In this document: piece by piece, positions 29,685-42,630 of the stretch | Layout: each line of letters starts with the position of its first letter | Numbering within the stretch: position 1 is the stretch's first letter | Assembly (NCBI GenBank): GCA_964016885.1 | Contig: OZ024757.1 | Location: 33,976,001-34,040,000, forward strand | Direction: 5' to 3' | Origin: Eledone cirrhosa | Taxonomy: Eukaryota | Length of the DNA stretch: 64,000 nt | Position numbers and translations under genes: made by a program | The notes under the pieces: model-generated | What the model was told of the DNA's origin: nothing | The model's input: the letters and a program-made list of their open reading frames with translations, nothing else | Databases searched by the model: none

Positions 29685-29757
29685 ACTCGGTGAGTTTAGT
29701 CGGTAGAAGACGAGACTCTTAATCTCGGGGACGTTGGTTCGAGCCCCACAGTGGATG
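29685..29757 (+). pseudogene. tRNA-Lys(CTT) pseudogene or tRNA-derived SINE head
   Basis: 73 nt matching eukaryotic tRNA-Lys: AGTCGGTAGA, GAGACTCTTAATCTC anticodon arm and GGTTCGAGCCCCAC B box. Acceptor and D stems are mispaired. Confidence 0.8.
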
Positions 29758-29993
29758 AAATATCTTTTTGACGTAATATATATATATATATATATAATTG
29801 AGTAAGTAAAATGACAGGAGACCGGACGGGCGGGCACTCTCTTCAAGTTTGCTGTACACTGACGGGAAGCACAATACTGTTGGGCCAAAGTGCCGACCCG
29901 GTGGGAGTCGCTGCCACCCGTTACTGATCAGAATATATTCACATGTGCGTTTTAAGGACTTGGGGCGCAAACTGATGTACTGGCCCGGGCGGT

Positions 29994-30217
29994 AATGCGC
30001 CTCTCTGAGATCTACGCCCTAGTTGGCCTTAATGGTAGCAGTGACCCTATATAAAACTGTGGTCCTTTAAAGTTCAGTAATGATCCTCTCTGAGATCTGT
30101 ACCCTAGTTAGCCTTAATGGTAGCAATGACCCTATATAAAACTGTGATCCTTTAAGGTTCAGCAATGTGCCTCTCTGAGATCTGCGTCCTAGTCGGCCTA
30201 ATGGTAGCGCCGGCCCT
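29994..30217. repeat. ~85-bp tandem repeat (2.6 copies) ending in a hAT-type terminus
   Basis: CCTCTCTGAGATCT...CCTTAATGGTAGC occurs three times; the last ends GGTAGCGCCGGCCCTG. Confidence 0.7.
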
Positions 30218-30379
30218 GGTCTCTGGGACGCATAAAAGTATTCTATCTCTTGTGTTTTTCTGAGTAGAGAGGGAATAGTAGGAAGTATGATTAAACCTTC
30301 CTTTCACAGCGAAGCTTCTAATTAAAAAACAAACAGTTTTATCTACTTCAAATTTGTTTCAGATTTTCTTAAATATGGT

Positions 30380-30908
30380 CATGGATTTTGGGTAATGACC
30401 GAAAGAATACGATCGCGAATACAAGCAGCCAAAACGGGATTCCTCCGAAGGGTCTTTGGAGTAAGGTTACTCGATAAAGTACGTAATTCGGAGATCAGAG
30501 AGTCACTCCAGGTAGAGCTGCTACTTCTCCGAATTGAGAGATCACAGCTCTGATACTATGGGCATGTGGTTAGAATGTCTCAGAAAAGAATATGTAGCTC
30601 AGAGATCAGAGAGTTACTCCAGGTAGAGCTGCTACTTCTCCGAATTGAGAGATCACAGCTCTGATACTATGGGCATGTAGGTTTAATGCCTCAGGAAATA
30701 AATCCTGGACAGATTTTACGGGCAAAACCAACCGGCAAAAGACCCAGAAGTAGACCCCCCGAGCAAGATGGTTGGATAATGAGCTTGGCTGGTCACGGTT
30801 GGGGATCCAGCCGGATCTGTCGGAGACGGTTGCTTCTGACAGGACCCACTGGAAGGAGTATTTGAGGACTCTGTCCCCATGACCCTCTCAGGAATAGGTG
30901 GGTGAAGA
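30380..30908 (+). mobile_element. RTE 3'-end-derived repeat with internal duplication
   Basis: Same family as 9697-10015; 30492-30570 is duplicated at 30602-30680. Confidence 0.85.
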
Positions 30909-31823
30909 AGACAGTATGTTTTTGCCATACATTAACACACATGCAATACATAATATAGATGTGCGTGCGTGCGTGCGAACACACACACACACACACACAT
31001 ACACACACATACATATACATATACATACACACACACACACATACATACATACATTCACACATACACATATCAACAGTTTGAAAAGGACAAAAAAAAAGTG
31101 CCTGCTTGATTTCATTTCGAAGCAACAGAGATTGTCTGGATAGTAAGTAGTGAAAGGACGGAGAAATTTGAGATTAAATGACAAGCTGGTATAATGTTGT
31201 TTGTCCTCTTAACTGGCTAACTGTAAATATTGTTAGTGTTAAAGTAGTAGAGAGAGAGAGAGAGAGACAGCCAGAGAGAGGAGACTGCAGTGTGTCGTGT
31301 TTGTAACCTGCTCGTTTTTGGCAGTAATATTTATTAACAAGGGTGATTATTAACCAGGGTGATTAAATATCGTGTTGATTATTTGTTATGATGGAAGTTA
31401 GTGTTTATTGTTGTCGTTGATGGTGTTGTTGTTGTTGTTAACCCCACAACACCCACTTGGGAAGAAGACAGCCAAGGACCTAAAGTCCACGTCTATAACA
31501 TCGAAAAATAGAAAAATACACCAGTCTGGCTAACTGTCGGAGTAGACCGATGTTCAAATTTATTCCAAATATGGCCATCACATCTATGACTGATTTGTCC
31601 AATGTGTCCTTCCCCCCCCCTCTCTCACTCACTCACTCTCTCTCTTAAGACGGTAGGGTGGGAATTGAAGGAGATGACGCTGTTATTTCTAACAGGTCAA
31701 ACTACTGTAATGTTTGTTATGAAGATTGTGTATCAATAATTGATGATAAAAACAAACATATTAGAGTTGACACATACATACATACGTGTGTGTGTGTGTG
31801 TGTGTATACGTGTGTGTGTGTAT

Positions 31824-31878
<55 letters not shown>

Positions 31879-32130
31879 TGTGTGTGTGTGTGTATGTGTG
31901 TGTGTGTGTGTGTGTATGTGTGTGTGTGTGTATGTGTGTGTGTGTGTTTTAAAGTCTCTAAGCCAACATACATTTTCGTCGCAGACATTCAATAAAGCTT
32001 TTTATTGATCAAAAATGTTTTAACGAAGTCTAAACTTAACTATTGGCAGAGTTTTGTCGTTTTCTTTCATTCTTTTATTTATTTATGGCATCACGTTTAA
32101 ATGATAATTGTAATTAAATGACAGGTAAAA

Positions 32131-32184
<54 letters not shown>

Positions 32185-32310
32185 AAGTTTTATTTAAATT
32201 GTTGGGTTACAACGAGTAAATATTTATAACTGATATAAAAGCACTCAACAAGTATTTGGAGTATATTTACGATATTAAATAAATGGAAACTATATTTATA
32301 AAATCATATT

Positions 32311-32376
32311 TATTTCATTATATATATTTCAGGGATATCATATTAAAAATATGGTATGCCTTCATCAGACAAAATA
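32311..32376 (-). ncRNA. Type I hammerhead ribozyme (family B)
   Basis: Exact reverse complement of 32509-32574. Confidence 0.82.
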
Positions 32377-32508
32377 CAATATAAACAGTCTTATAAATAG
32401 ATAGATTTGACATACCTTACAGCTTCAACTTCCATTTAAAAAGTTTTAAATGGAAGTTGAAGCTGTAAGGTATGTCAAATCTATCTATTTATAAGACTGT
32501 TTATATTG

Positions 32509-32574
32509 TATTTTGTCTGATGAAGGCATACCATATTTTTAATATGATATCCCTGAAATATATATAATGAAATA
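32509..32574 (+). ncRNA. Type I hammerhead ribozyme (family B)
   Basis: tattttgt-CTGATGA-aggcataccatatt-ttt-aatatgatatccct-GAAA-TATATA-TA-atgaaata. Confidence 0.82.
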
Positions 32575-32614
32575 AATATGGTTTTATAAATATAGTTTCC
32601 ATTTATTTAATATC

Positions 32615-32657
<43 letters not shown>

Positions 32658-33099
32658 ATAAGATGACGTTTGTCAATTCGAATCCACAATGAACTAAAAG
32701 GGAAAGAAGAAAAAAAAAGACAACAAAGAAGAGAATGGCGATTTGGAAAAGAGGCGGTTGTCTTTCTCACGTCAGCACCCACCATGTGTTTAAACAACAC
32801 ACATGTCAATTACTACAAACATGTTATTGGATTCGAAAAAAAATATATATACAAATATAAAAATAAACCTTTAAAAATTCCGAATGACTTCATAAATTAA
32901 TAAGGGGAAAGGCGTTAGAGAGAAGACAGTTATGTGTTAATTCGGATGACGCCTGGCATTGGGATCGGGGTATGGCTAAAGTGAAATATAAAGAGATAGA
33001 AAGGGAAAGAAAGAGAGAGACATGTGTTAGAAAACAGTTTACGCAGGTAACCATGTCAAATTGTGCTACGCGCAGAGCTGAGGTGGTGGTAGTAGTAGA

Positions 33100-33400
33100 G
33101 GAGGTGACGGCCACGATAAGAGCAATCCAACCAATCAGGATTGACGTTGTAACGGACAACGACCAATCAAAGCAGCTGAAAATTTCTTTCTCGTTTTGAA
33201 AGAGAGAAAATAGAAAGAAAGAAAGAATCAACCAAACAAAGATAGATAGAGAGAGAGAGAGAGACGATAGATAGATAAAAAGAAAGAAACGGAAAGAAAG
33301 AGAGAGAGAGAGAGACAAATAGATAGAAAGAGAGGGGGGAAAAGACAGAAAGAAAGAAGAGAAATAATGTGGAGTGCGTGACGGTGAGAAGTGGTTCGGG
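33100..33400 (+). promoter_or_regulatory. Putative SINHCAF promoter
   Basis: CCAATCA boxes at 33131 and 33163 (32 bp apart, NF-Y-type spacing), several TGACG half-CRE sites, and a locally CpG-richer unique sequence. Confidence 0.55.
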
Positions 33401-33633
33401 CTGAAGAGAAGTCGCAGCTTTCGGTAACAACGATAAACCCTAGAACTAGTCAAAGACGGAACCAGAAATCTTTCATCTGTAACAAATAACTGATGGGATA
33501 TACATACAACTGTCACAATACGGCGAAGTTAGTTGCGGTTAGAAAGAAATAATAACAACAACAACAACAATAATAATAAAAACAAAAAAACAACCCTCAA
33601 CAGAAAAATCCGCATCTTTTCCCCGAATGATAG
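33380..33633 (+). other. Putative non-coding first exon of SINHCAF (start approximate)
   Basis: Strong donor AG|GTAAGT at 33633/33634 downstream of the CCAAT cluster. The ATG-containing exon at 61207 begins with an acceptor, so an upstream exon is required. Confidence 0.5.
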
Positions 33634-34879
33634 GTAAGTGTTCCCTTGTTTGTGCCTGTGTAGTTGTTTAAGGATCATTTTTCATTTTGTGGTCAAATTA
33701 GCCAGGTTTTGCTTCATGACATCTCATTTATTAAGGGTTTCATTAAATATCTCACTTTCTTTTTGTCATGGGTTCACTTAGTGTACTGAAACAACAAAAG
33801 CTAACAGCTACGAACATTCGGTTTTGTTTTTCCTTTAAACTGGAGTGAACCCAGATATGTCAGTTGAAATATTTTGTTTTAAAATAAGGAAGAGAAATAG
33901 TAATCCTACCTTTTCATAATTTTACACCGAGTTATAAATGATTATATACATATATATAATCATCCATACATGTATATAAATATTGTTATACTTTGAGAGG
34001 GTCATACTACCAAAGTATTATATTTCAACACACGATTTTACATTTAAAATGTTTCAAAACAAATACAAGAACGAAGTCTATATATTAATATATATATGTG
34101 TATTTTTCAACAATCACTTGCGTTTTTTAAAAGCTAAATGTTTACGTTGGGGTTAGAGAAATACAAACGTGTCGGGTAATTCGATCGTTGACCCCCATCT
34201 CCTCCTCCCTCAACACCCTAGTTATATGTTTATACCCCTGGTCAAAGAATTTCTCTGTGGGTGATCCCTCTCCTTCCACCCCACCCATCCTATCTCACCC
34301 TATCTTTAACTTGTTTTTCCCCATTCCTAGCAGCAGTTGGTCTTGATCTGCTCCCCCATTTAGTAACCACTGATTTGTTCTTAACGTCAGAACAAAGAAC
34401 TCTTTCTTTGTTCTCTCGCTCTAATTCCACTTTTTTTCCACCTTCGCTTCTTCCCCAACCGGCCAGACAGTTCCTTTTTTCTTTTAAATCTTTTTCTGTG
34501 TTTCTTCATATTTTATTTTGTCTTTCACTTTTATCAAACAAAAAAAGATAAACATTTATTTCTTAGTGTTTTAATTCTAAGACATGACACTCAGTTTTGT
34601 TGGCACTTCCTTAAAATAATAATATACTCTAAGGTTTTTCTCGTTACCAATGTTATTGGGATTTGCTGCCCTGCACATTTTCTTTCCGCTGTTGTTTTTC
34701 CTGTTTACCTTAGATGTATGTATGTATATATATATATTTACTATATATATATATATATATATATTTGCATGTATACACATGTATATACACATATACATAC
34801 ATATATATACATGTACACACACACACACATATATGTATGTAGATATATGTGTATATGTATATGTGTGTGTGTATTTATA

Positions 34880-34910
<31 letters not shown>

Positions 34911-35467
34911 GGATATATATATATATATATATGGATATATATATATATATATGGATATATATATATACTTGTGTGTGAGTTCGATGTCTTATGTGCTGGG
35001 TGCTTGCTGTTTCTGACCTAGTGACCTCTGCATAAATCATCATAATGAGATGGGTTCACACTAACTTCTCCCCCTCTCTCCCTGTCTTATTTACTTTCTT
35101 TTTACTCCCTCTTTCTCTTTACCTATCTCCCTGTCCCCTCTCTCTCTCCTTACGTTGCTTAGAAAGCTCTCCCTTTTTCATTTATTTATTTTTTCTTGCT
35201 CTCCTTTTCATATAAATATATTTCTTCTTAGCCTCATCTCTCTTCACACTTATGAACATTTCTGTAAGTAATTCCAAATGTTTTCTCCATGTGTTTTTAA
35301 ATTTATTTTATTCGAGTATAAGACCGGCATTTATTCTGATGGCGAAATGCTAGTCTTTAGAAACTGGGAAGACGTGCAATTTTCCTGGATCCACTCTCAC
35401 TTCCGCTATGAACCCTTCTTAAATATTAGGGACTTCTCACTCACATTAACTGGCATTCATTCATTCA

Positions 35468-35528
<61 letters not shown>

Positions 35529-35820
35529 ATATTTATATGTCCTTTATCCTTCTTTGTTTACTGTCTCTAACGATTTCTTTCATCTTGATTGATGTAGTTT
35601 TAGTTGAATGAATGTGTGTGTATATGTGTCTGTGTGTGTTTAAATATGTGTGGATATATATATGATTGTATGTGTGTCTGTATACAAATAGTTAAATAGA
35701 TATACGAAATCATATTTATATATATATATAAGTTTATCCCGGGTTCAATCGGGGGTAACCACAGTAAGTAAGGTACTCAATACATAGCAGAGTATAAATA
35801 TTTAATATAGAAATGTCTTC

Positions 35821-35847
35821 TACAGGCTACAGGACTAGAACTGTTTC
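35821..35847 (-). mobile_element. Hammerhead 3'-half fragment in a pLTR-like repeat
   Basis: Minus strand GAAA-CAG...CTG-TA. The adjacent tail shares GTATTGAGTAC with 140-156. Confidence 0.45.
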
Positions 35848-36812
35848 ATTCGGGAGAAATCATATTTAGTGTATGTATGCTATATACATCCTTGAATATT
35901 CTTATATCAAATCAAAATAAATGCTGTAGTTTGTGTGTGTGTGTGTTCATTTGAAGTGCCTGTTGTCCTCGAGTACCGGGATATATCGTAAACAAACTAA
36001 TTCGCTTTGTTGCCATTTCCTCGATTCAAATATTTCGTTGTTGTTATTGTTTCGCTCTAGGTCAGACATAATCAACCAGAACCATATCAGTCATGACCAT
36101 CTTCTCATTATATATATATATATTGTATGTCTAAGATGACGATGGTATTTGGCTGCTATTTCTAGCAAATCGAATGACCGCTTAGGGACTGTTTATTCTT
36201 TTTTCTTTGTCGACGATTCTAAGGGCTCTCTTTCTTCATCCCTTTAAACACACACACATACATACATTTATATGTATATATATATAATCATGTGTATATA
36301 TATATATGTTTAAATGTGTACGTATATGTCTGTCTGTGTCTCACACACTTGGCACCTCTGAAAGAAATCGTTTTCTCCTAGTTTTTTTTAGGCGGGGGGG
36401 GGGGTATACTTTAAACTGTTTTCAGTTTTAAAAAAAGCATTTTGTTCACAAAGTCGGTTTTATTTTTACTTCTATTAATTTACAGTTATGGTAATATTAC
36501 CATCTGGTTTGTCAAAATAGAATACTCGTCAAATACTAGGGCCGATTCACTAGACTTTCCCCACCCCTTAATAATCTCAGGCCTTGTGCCTATATAAGAA
36601 TTAGTATCTTCGTTATTATTTGTCGATCTTGCTGTTTCTTGAGTGATCGAGGAAAACAAGGACCTGTAATCGGCTGGCCCCTATATATTGTCAATTTGTG
36701 TGTGTGTGTTTAAAGGATTTAGTATTCAGCCGAGGGATGTTTTGTTCATTATCGGTTTAAATAACTATGAAACGAGATGGCTTTTCTTTATCAACTGTAG
36801 ATTCAATATATA

Positions 36813-36892
36813 TACAGGGTGTCCCCCAAAAATGTATACACATTTCAACAGCATTCTAATAAATGTATATACATTTTTAGGGACACCTTATA
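36813..36892. mobile_element. Tiny Tc1/mariner-type MITE
   Basis: TA-CAGGGTGTCCCCCAAAAATGTATACAC...ACATTTTTAGGGACACCTTA-TA. Copies at 37189-37291 and 18621-18700. Confidence 0.75.
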
Positions 36893-36896
36893 TGTT

Positions 36897-36942
<46 letters not shown>

Positions 36943-38009
36943 GTGGGGTATAAACAAAGGGATTTGATTTAAGAAGCATTGGGGATATTTGAAATGCGTG
37001 TGTCCCAACGCAAGTGCCTATAATAATAGTTAACCATTATAAATAGTTGAGAAAACTGAGGAGTGTGTCTGGAGACGGAGCCCATACTTAGTAAACCGAA
37101 AACACACACATATATATAATGTGTGTTTATAGTATGTATATTCGGTTAGCCGACACTTATCTACATTATAATAATATAAATATGCATATAGAGGGTGTCC
37201 CCCAAAAATGTATACATACTTCAACAGCCTTCTAATAAATATTACCTATACAGGTAATCAAAGTGTGTATACATTTTTCGGACACCTTGTATGTGTAGCT
37301 ATATACCCGATTTTATGACGGGTACTTTTTAGAAAAGGAAGAGAAAAAAAGCAAGGAGAGAGAGACAGGGGTACATTTATTTGAGGCATATTCTTGTATT
37401 TTCGTTGGGTTTAATTATTTATCTAATTTAATAGGGATAGAACGATGTTGAGAGTGAAAAGGGACTCGGTACAGCCATTTATCTATACTTGTTTAAATTT
37501 TACTTTGCAGCAATGCAAACAGGTAGCTTTTCTCCTCTATCCCTTTTATTTCTCTCTGTCATTGCAATCTGCCTGTCTGTCTATCTAGCTACTACCTATC
37601 CATGTCTGTCTGTTTACCTACTTATCTATCTATGTCTGTGTATCTCTCTCTCCATATATATTTATATATATATATATATATAAACTATAATAATATATAT
37701 AATATCTGTCTCCTACCTGTCTATCACCCCCCCCCCCCTCTCTCTCTCTTTGTATCTAGCCACCTATCTAATCTATCTATGTCTGTGTATCTATCTATCT
37801 ATCTATACATCTATATATATATATATATATATCTGTCTATCACCTCTCTCTCTGTCCGCTAACTTCCTAACTACAGTTGTGTACTCGCCATTCAAAGCTT
37901 GTTGTTTATCTCCGTGTCAACCCTAATCCAGCAGACCTACCTATAAATCAGATATTCCCACCGTGCCCACACTTCGTTTTTTATCGTTTTCTTTGTTTGT
38001 TTGTTTTTG

Positions 38010-38690
38010 ACGCAGAACATTACACAGACACGTGTACACGTGACGTAATTCTCAGGGAGATTCAGCGTGTGTTCCTCCTCTTTTTAAAAGATTGTGTATG
38101 TGTGTGTGGAGGTGGGAGAGGGCAATTTGAATGCGATTTCGCTGCTATTTCTAGCAAGTCGGGAGGCTACATAGTGGCTCGGTCATTGACTTTGTTGCCT
38201 GTAGTGGTTGAGCACCCCACAGACACGTGTATCCTTAGCTGTGTGTGATAATGATGGTGGTAGTGGGGGTCGAGTGATTTGATGGCTACTTCGCTGCTGT
38301 TTCTAGCAAGTCGATAGACTACATAGTGGCCCGGCCATTGACTTTTTCCATGGCAGTGACTGCAGTCCACAGACACGTGTACCCTTAATGTAGTTCTCAG
38401 GGAGACTTAACGCGTTCTTCCCTTAGCTGTGTGTGGTGGTGGTGGAATGATTTAACAGATATTTCTCTGTTATTTCTAGCATATCTGGAGACTACATAGT
38501 GGTTCGGTCATTGACTTTGTTGCCGGTAGAGTCTGACCATTCCACAGACACGTGTACTCTTCAAGAAGACTTAGCATGTCCTTCCCTTAGTTATGTGTGT
38601 GTGTGTGTGTGTGATGGTCGTGGTAGTAGTGGTGGAATGATTTAACAGATATCTCGCTGCTATTTCTAGCAGTTCGGTCATTGACTTTAT
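38010..38690 (+). repeat. Tandemly amplified SINE-derived module (~4 copies)
   Basis: Recurrent GCTGCTATTTCTAGCA...CTACATAGTGG...CACAGACACGTGTAC. Confidence 0.7.
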
Positions 38691-39096
38691 GCCGGTCGTG
38701 GTCGTCGTAATGAATGTCGTTTTATTATCAGCAGCAGAGTAACGTTTGGTAATGCCTGTTAGAGAAATAAGTCATATTTACCATTTTCTATATGTGCAGA
38801 GTGAATGAAGTCCCCATCATCGTCATTAGCATCATTGTCGTTATCACCACCTCTACCATCATCATCATCATCACAAACACTACCGCCATCATCATCATCA
38901 TCATCATCCCCACCACCACTATGATCATCATCACCACCAATGCCATTATCCTCACAACCACTACCACCATCGTCATCACCTCTACCATCATCACCACCAC
39001 CACCATCATCTTCGTCACAACCACCATGTCACAACCACCATCATCATCACCACCACCACCGCCATCACAATCTTGCCGTCATTCTCTCTCACCTTC

Positions 39097-39143
<47 letters not shown>

Positions 39144-40029
39144 GCCCCCCTCTCTTCATGTCTGTGTTTTAGGCTTCTAACTTCTCTATTGATCAGCCCA
39201 AACACACGAACACAGGAGTCGTATTGGGTGATTGGGTTACATGAATAATATTGTTGTTGTTATTGTTTTTGTCGTGCTTTAACTACTTTTGTTGTTCCTT
39301 GTGAAGACAGTAGAGGTCGTTGACCTGATGCTAGTGAAGGCGATGGTGAAGTTATGGGTTGTGCTAACTCTTTCATTACCATATTTTCAATGGAAAATAT
39401 ACAGGTTATGATTCAAATACTTTTGGAAATAACCAAGAATTTGCAGGAATCTAATAAAATAACTTAGTTTTTCATTAGCAAGCTCATAATTAGAAATATT
39501 ACTAACAAATATTTCTAAAATAAAATAAAGCAATTAAGTAAATTTTTAATATATTTATATCCGATAGAAATACATACATATCAATTAATTATTCCTAGGA
39601 ACCTTTGGAAGGTTTGAATATAAGGATAAACATTTTAAAATGTGTAGTTTGGTATCAAAAGTTGATATAGTTATTTCGTTGTTGTTGTTTAGCCTCAGCT
39701 CAATCCTGATCAAACAGGCCTAGGGCTAAAGGCTGAGCACGGTAGTGGTGGTGATTGTAAGTGACCTGGGTACTTTGTTATTATTATTGTTGCTTTTAAC
39801 TCGTGGTCAGCCTTACCGTATAGACCAATGATAAAAGACGTTCTGAATATGACCATCGCGTCCTTTTTAAAGATGGTTGGGGTGTAATTTGAAGGGAAAT
39901 TTATATATATCCACCACCCCACCCATGTCGACCATAAACAATCACATCTCTACATTATTCAATATGTCCTTTCAATTTTAAGACTCTAAGGTGTGATTTA
40001 GCTGCTGTTTCTAGCAGGTAAAGTAACCA

Positions 40030-41190
40030 CATGTCAATGGTGGTGGTTGTTGCCGATAGTAGTAGTGATGGTGGTTATAGTGGTAGTGGGGACGTAGATG
40101 TTGATTGTAGTGATAATAACGGTGCTGGTGGTTGAGTGGTGACTGTGATGGTAGTTGTGGTGATTGTATTAGTGGTAGTAATGGTGATGGTAGTGGTGGT
40201 GGCTGTGATGGTAGTTGTGGTGATTGTATTAGTGGTAGTAATGGTGATGGTAGTGGTGGTGGCTGTGATGGTAGTTGTGGTGATTGTATTAGTGGTAGTA
40301 ATGGTGATGGTAGTGGTGGTAGTAATGGTGGTGGTAGTGGTGGTGGCTGTGATGGTAGTTGTGGTGATTGTATTAGTGGTAGTAATGGTGATGGTAGTGG
40401 TGGTGGCTGTGATGGTAGTTGTGGTGATTGTATTAGTGGTAGTAATGGTGATGGTAGTGGTGGTGGCTGTGATGGTAGTTGTGGTGATTGTAGCGGTGGC
40501 TGTGATAGTGCTTGTTATGGTAGTGGAGGTGATGGTTGTGGTTGAGTGGTGGTATCGTAGATGGTGATGATGGTTGTAGTGGTGGCGGTGATGATGGTTG
40601 TTGTGGTAGTGGCGACGTAAATGGTGGTTGTAGTGTTTGTTGTGGTAATGGTTGTAGTGATTGTAGTTGTAGTGGTGGCAGAGATGGTGGTTGTAGTGGT
40701 GGCAGTGATGGTGGTTGTTGTGGTGGCAGAGATGGTGGTTGTAGTGGTGGCAGTGATGGTGGTTGTAGTGGTGGCAGTTGTTGTGGTGGCAGAGATGGTG
40801 GTTGTAGTGGTGGTTGTAGTGGTGGCAGTGATGGTGGTTGTTGTGGTGGCAGAGATGGTGGTTGTAGTGGTGGCAGTGGTGGTGGTTGTAGTGGTGGCAG
40901 TGATGGTGGTGGTTGTAGTGGTGGCAGTGATGGTGGTTGTTGTGGTGGCAGTGATGGTGGTTGTTGTGGTGGCAGTTGGTGTGGTGGCAGAGATGGTGGT
41001 TGTAGTGGTGGCAGTGGTGGTGGTTGTAGTGGTGGCAGTGATGGTGGTGGTTGTAGTGGTGGCAGTGATGGTGGTTGTTGTGGTGGCAGTGATGGTGGTT
41101 GTTGTGGTGGCAGTTGGTGTGGTGGCAGAGATGGTGGTTGTAGTGGTGGCAGTGATGGTGGTTGTAGTGGTGGCAGTGATGGTGGTTGTT
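40030..41190. repeat. GGT/GTA/GTT trinucleotide-derived minisatellite
   Basis: 60-bp and ~21-24-bp higher-order units; source of the Gly/Cys- and Pro-rich ORFs. Confidence 0.9.
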
Positions 41191-41815
41191 GTGTCACAGA
41201 CCTGTCTACTTCCATCTCATCATCGACTATTCTGACATGTGGAGAGGAGTCATGCCGGTCGGTTAACGGCACGCCATTGGTTCTTCCATCGCCTCCACCA
41301 TCATCACACTGTCGCTCTCTCTCCGCCGTCCCTTCGTTACTATCTGTCGCCTCCACCGCCGTCACATTGTCACTATCTCTTCCTCCACCACCATCACCTA
41401 GTCACTATCTGTCACCTCCACCGTCAATACACTCTCTATCCCTTTCTCCACCACCGCTGCCGTCACCTAGCCTCTATCTCCATCACCACCGCCGTCACTT
41501 TGTCACTATCTCTGTTGCCGCCACCGCCACCGTATCGAGTCAAGCGAGGCGGTTAACGCGGAAGTGGAAGTCTTCCTTTATTAAACGTAGGAATGTAGGT
41601 CGCACATGCGAGCAGTCTCCTTCCTTCATATTCTTTTCCACCCCCCAACCCCACTCTCTTGCCTGTCTGTCTGTCTCTCTTCCTACTCTTTGTCTGCCTG
41701 TCTCTCTTCCCACTCTTTGTCTCTCTCTTTCTCTCTCTTACATATAACGCACAGACGAGAGCAATGTTTACTGTTTTGTTTTGTGTCTGTAATGTGTGTG
41801 TGGAGAGAATATACA

Positions 41816-41847
<32 letters not shown>

Positions 41848-41954
41848 CATATGTCTATGTATGCATTGCCTTCACTTTAAAACTACCGCAGGCTTCATTC
41901 TTGCTGCTCTGCTTCAATCTTGTTGCATGGATGACTTGCATTGCAATGAACGTT

Positions 41955-42630
41955 GGTATGGATGGTGTAATGTGTCTAATATAATGGTGGTATGATATGG
42001 TGGCGGTATGGATGGTGTAATGTGTCTAATATAATGGTGGTATGGTGGTGGTATGATGTATGATATGGTGGCGGTATGGATGGTGTAATGTGTCTAATAT
42101 AATGGTGGTATGGTGGTGGTATGATGTATGATATGGTGGCAGTATGGATGGTGTAATGTGTCTAATATAATGGTGGTATGGTGGTGGTATGATGTATGAT
42201 ATGGTGGCGGTATGGATGGTGTAATGTGTCTAATATAATGGTGGTATGGTGGTGGTATGATGTCTGATATGGCGGTATGGATGGTGTAATGTTGGATATG
42301 ATGGTATGGATCGTGTAATATCTGATCTGGTGGTGGTATGGATCGTGTAATGAATCTGGTATGTTGGTGGTATGATGTCTGATCTGGTGGTAGCATGGAT
42401 GGTATAATGTTGGATATGATGGTGGTATGCGTGGTGTAATGTCTGGTATGGATGGTATAATGTTGGATATGATGGTGGTATGGGTGGTGTAATGTCTGGT
42501 ATGGTGGTGGTATGGATGGTGTAATGTCTGGTATGGTGGTGGTATGGATGGTGTAATGTCTGGTATGGTGGTATGGGTGGTGTAATGTCTAGTATGGTAG
42601 TAGGGTGGATAGTGTAATGCCTGGTATGGT
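41955..42630. repeat. GGTATGGATGGTGTAATG minisatellite
   Basis: ~68-bp units at 42000-42270 that decay rightward. Confidence 0.9.

Larger units (their letters stand above)
32184..32617. mobile_element. Penelope-like fold-back element, family B copy 3
   Basis: Near-perfect arms 32268-32440 and 32444-32617, extension 32184-32267, (TA)n flanks. Confidence 0.9.

Noticed and set aside
40433-41747. 403-aa Gly/Cys-rich and 310-aa Pro-rich ORFs resembling keratin-associated or structural proteins
   Set aside because: GGT-based minisatellite open in multiple frames on both strands; no unique domain or signal peptide.
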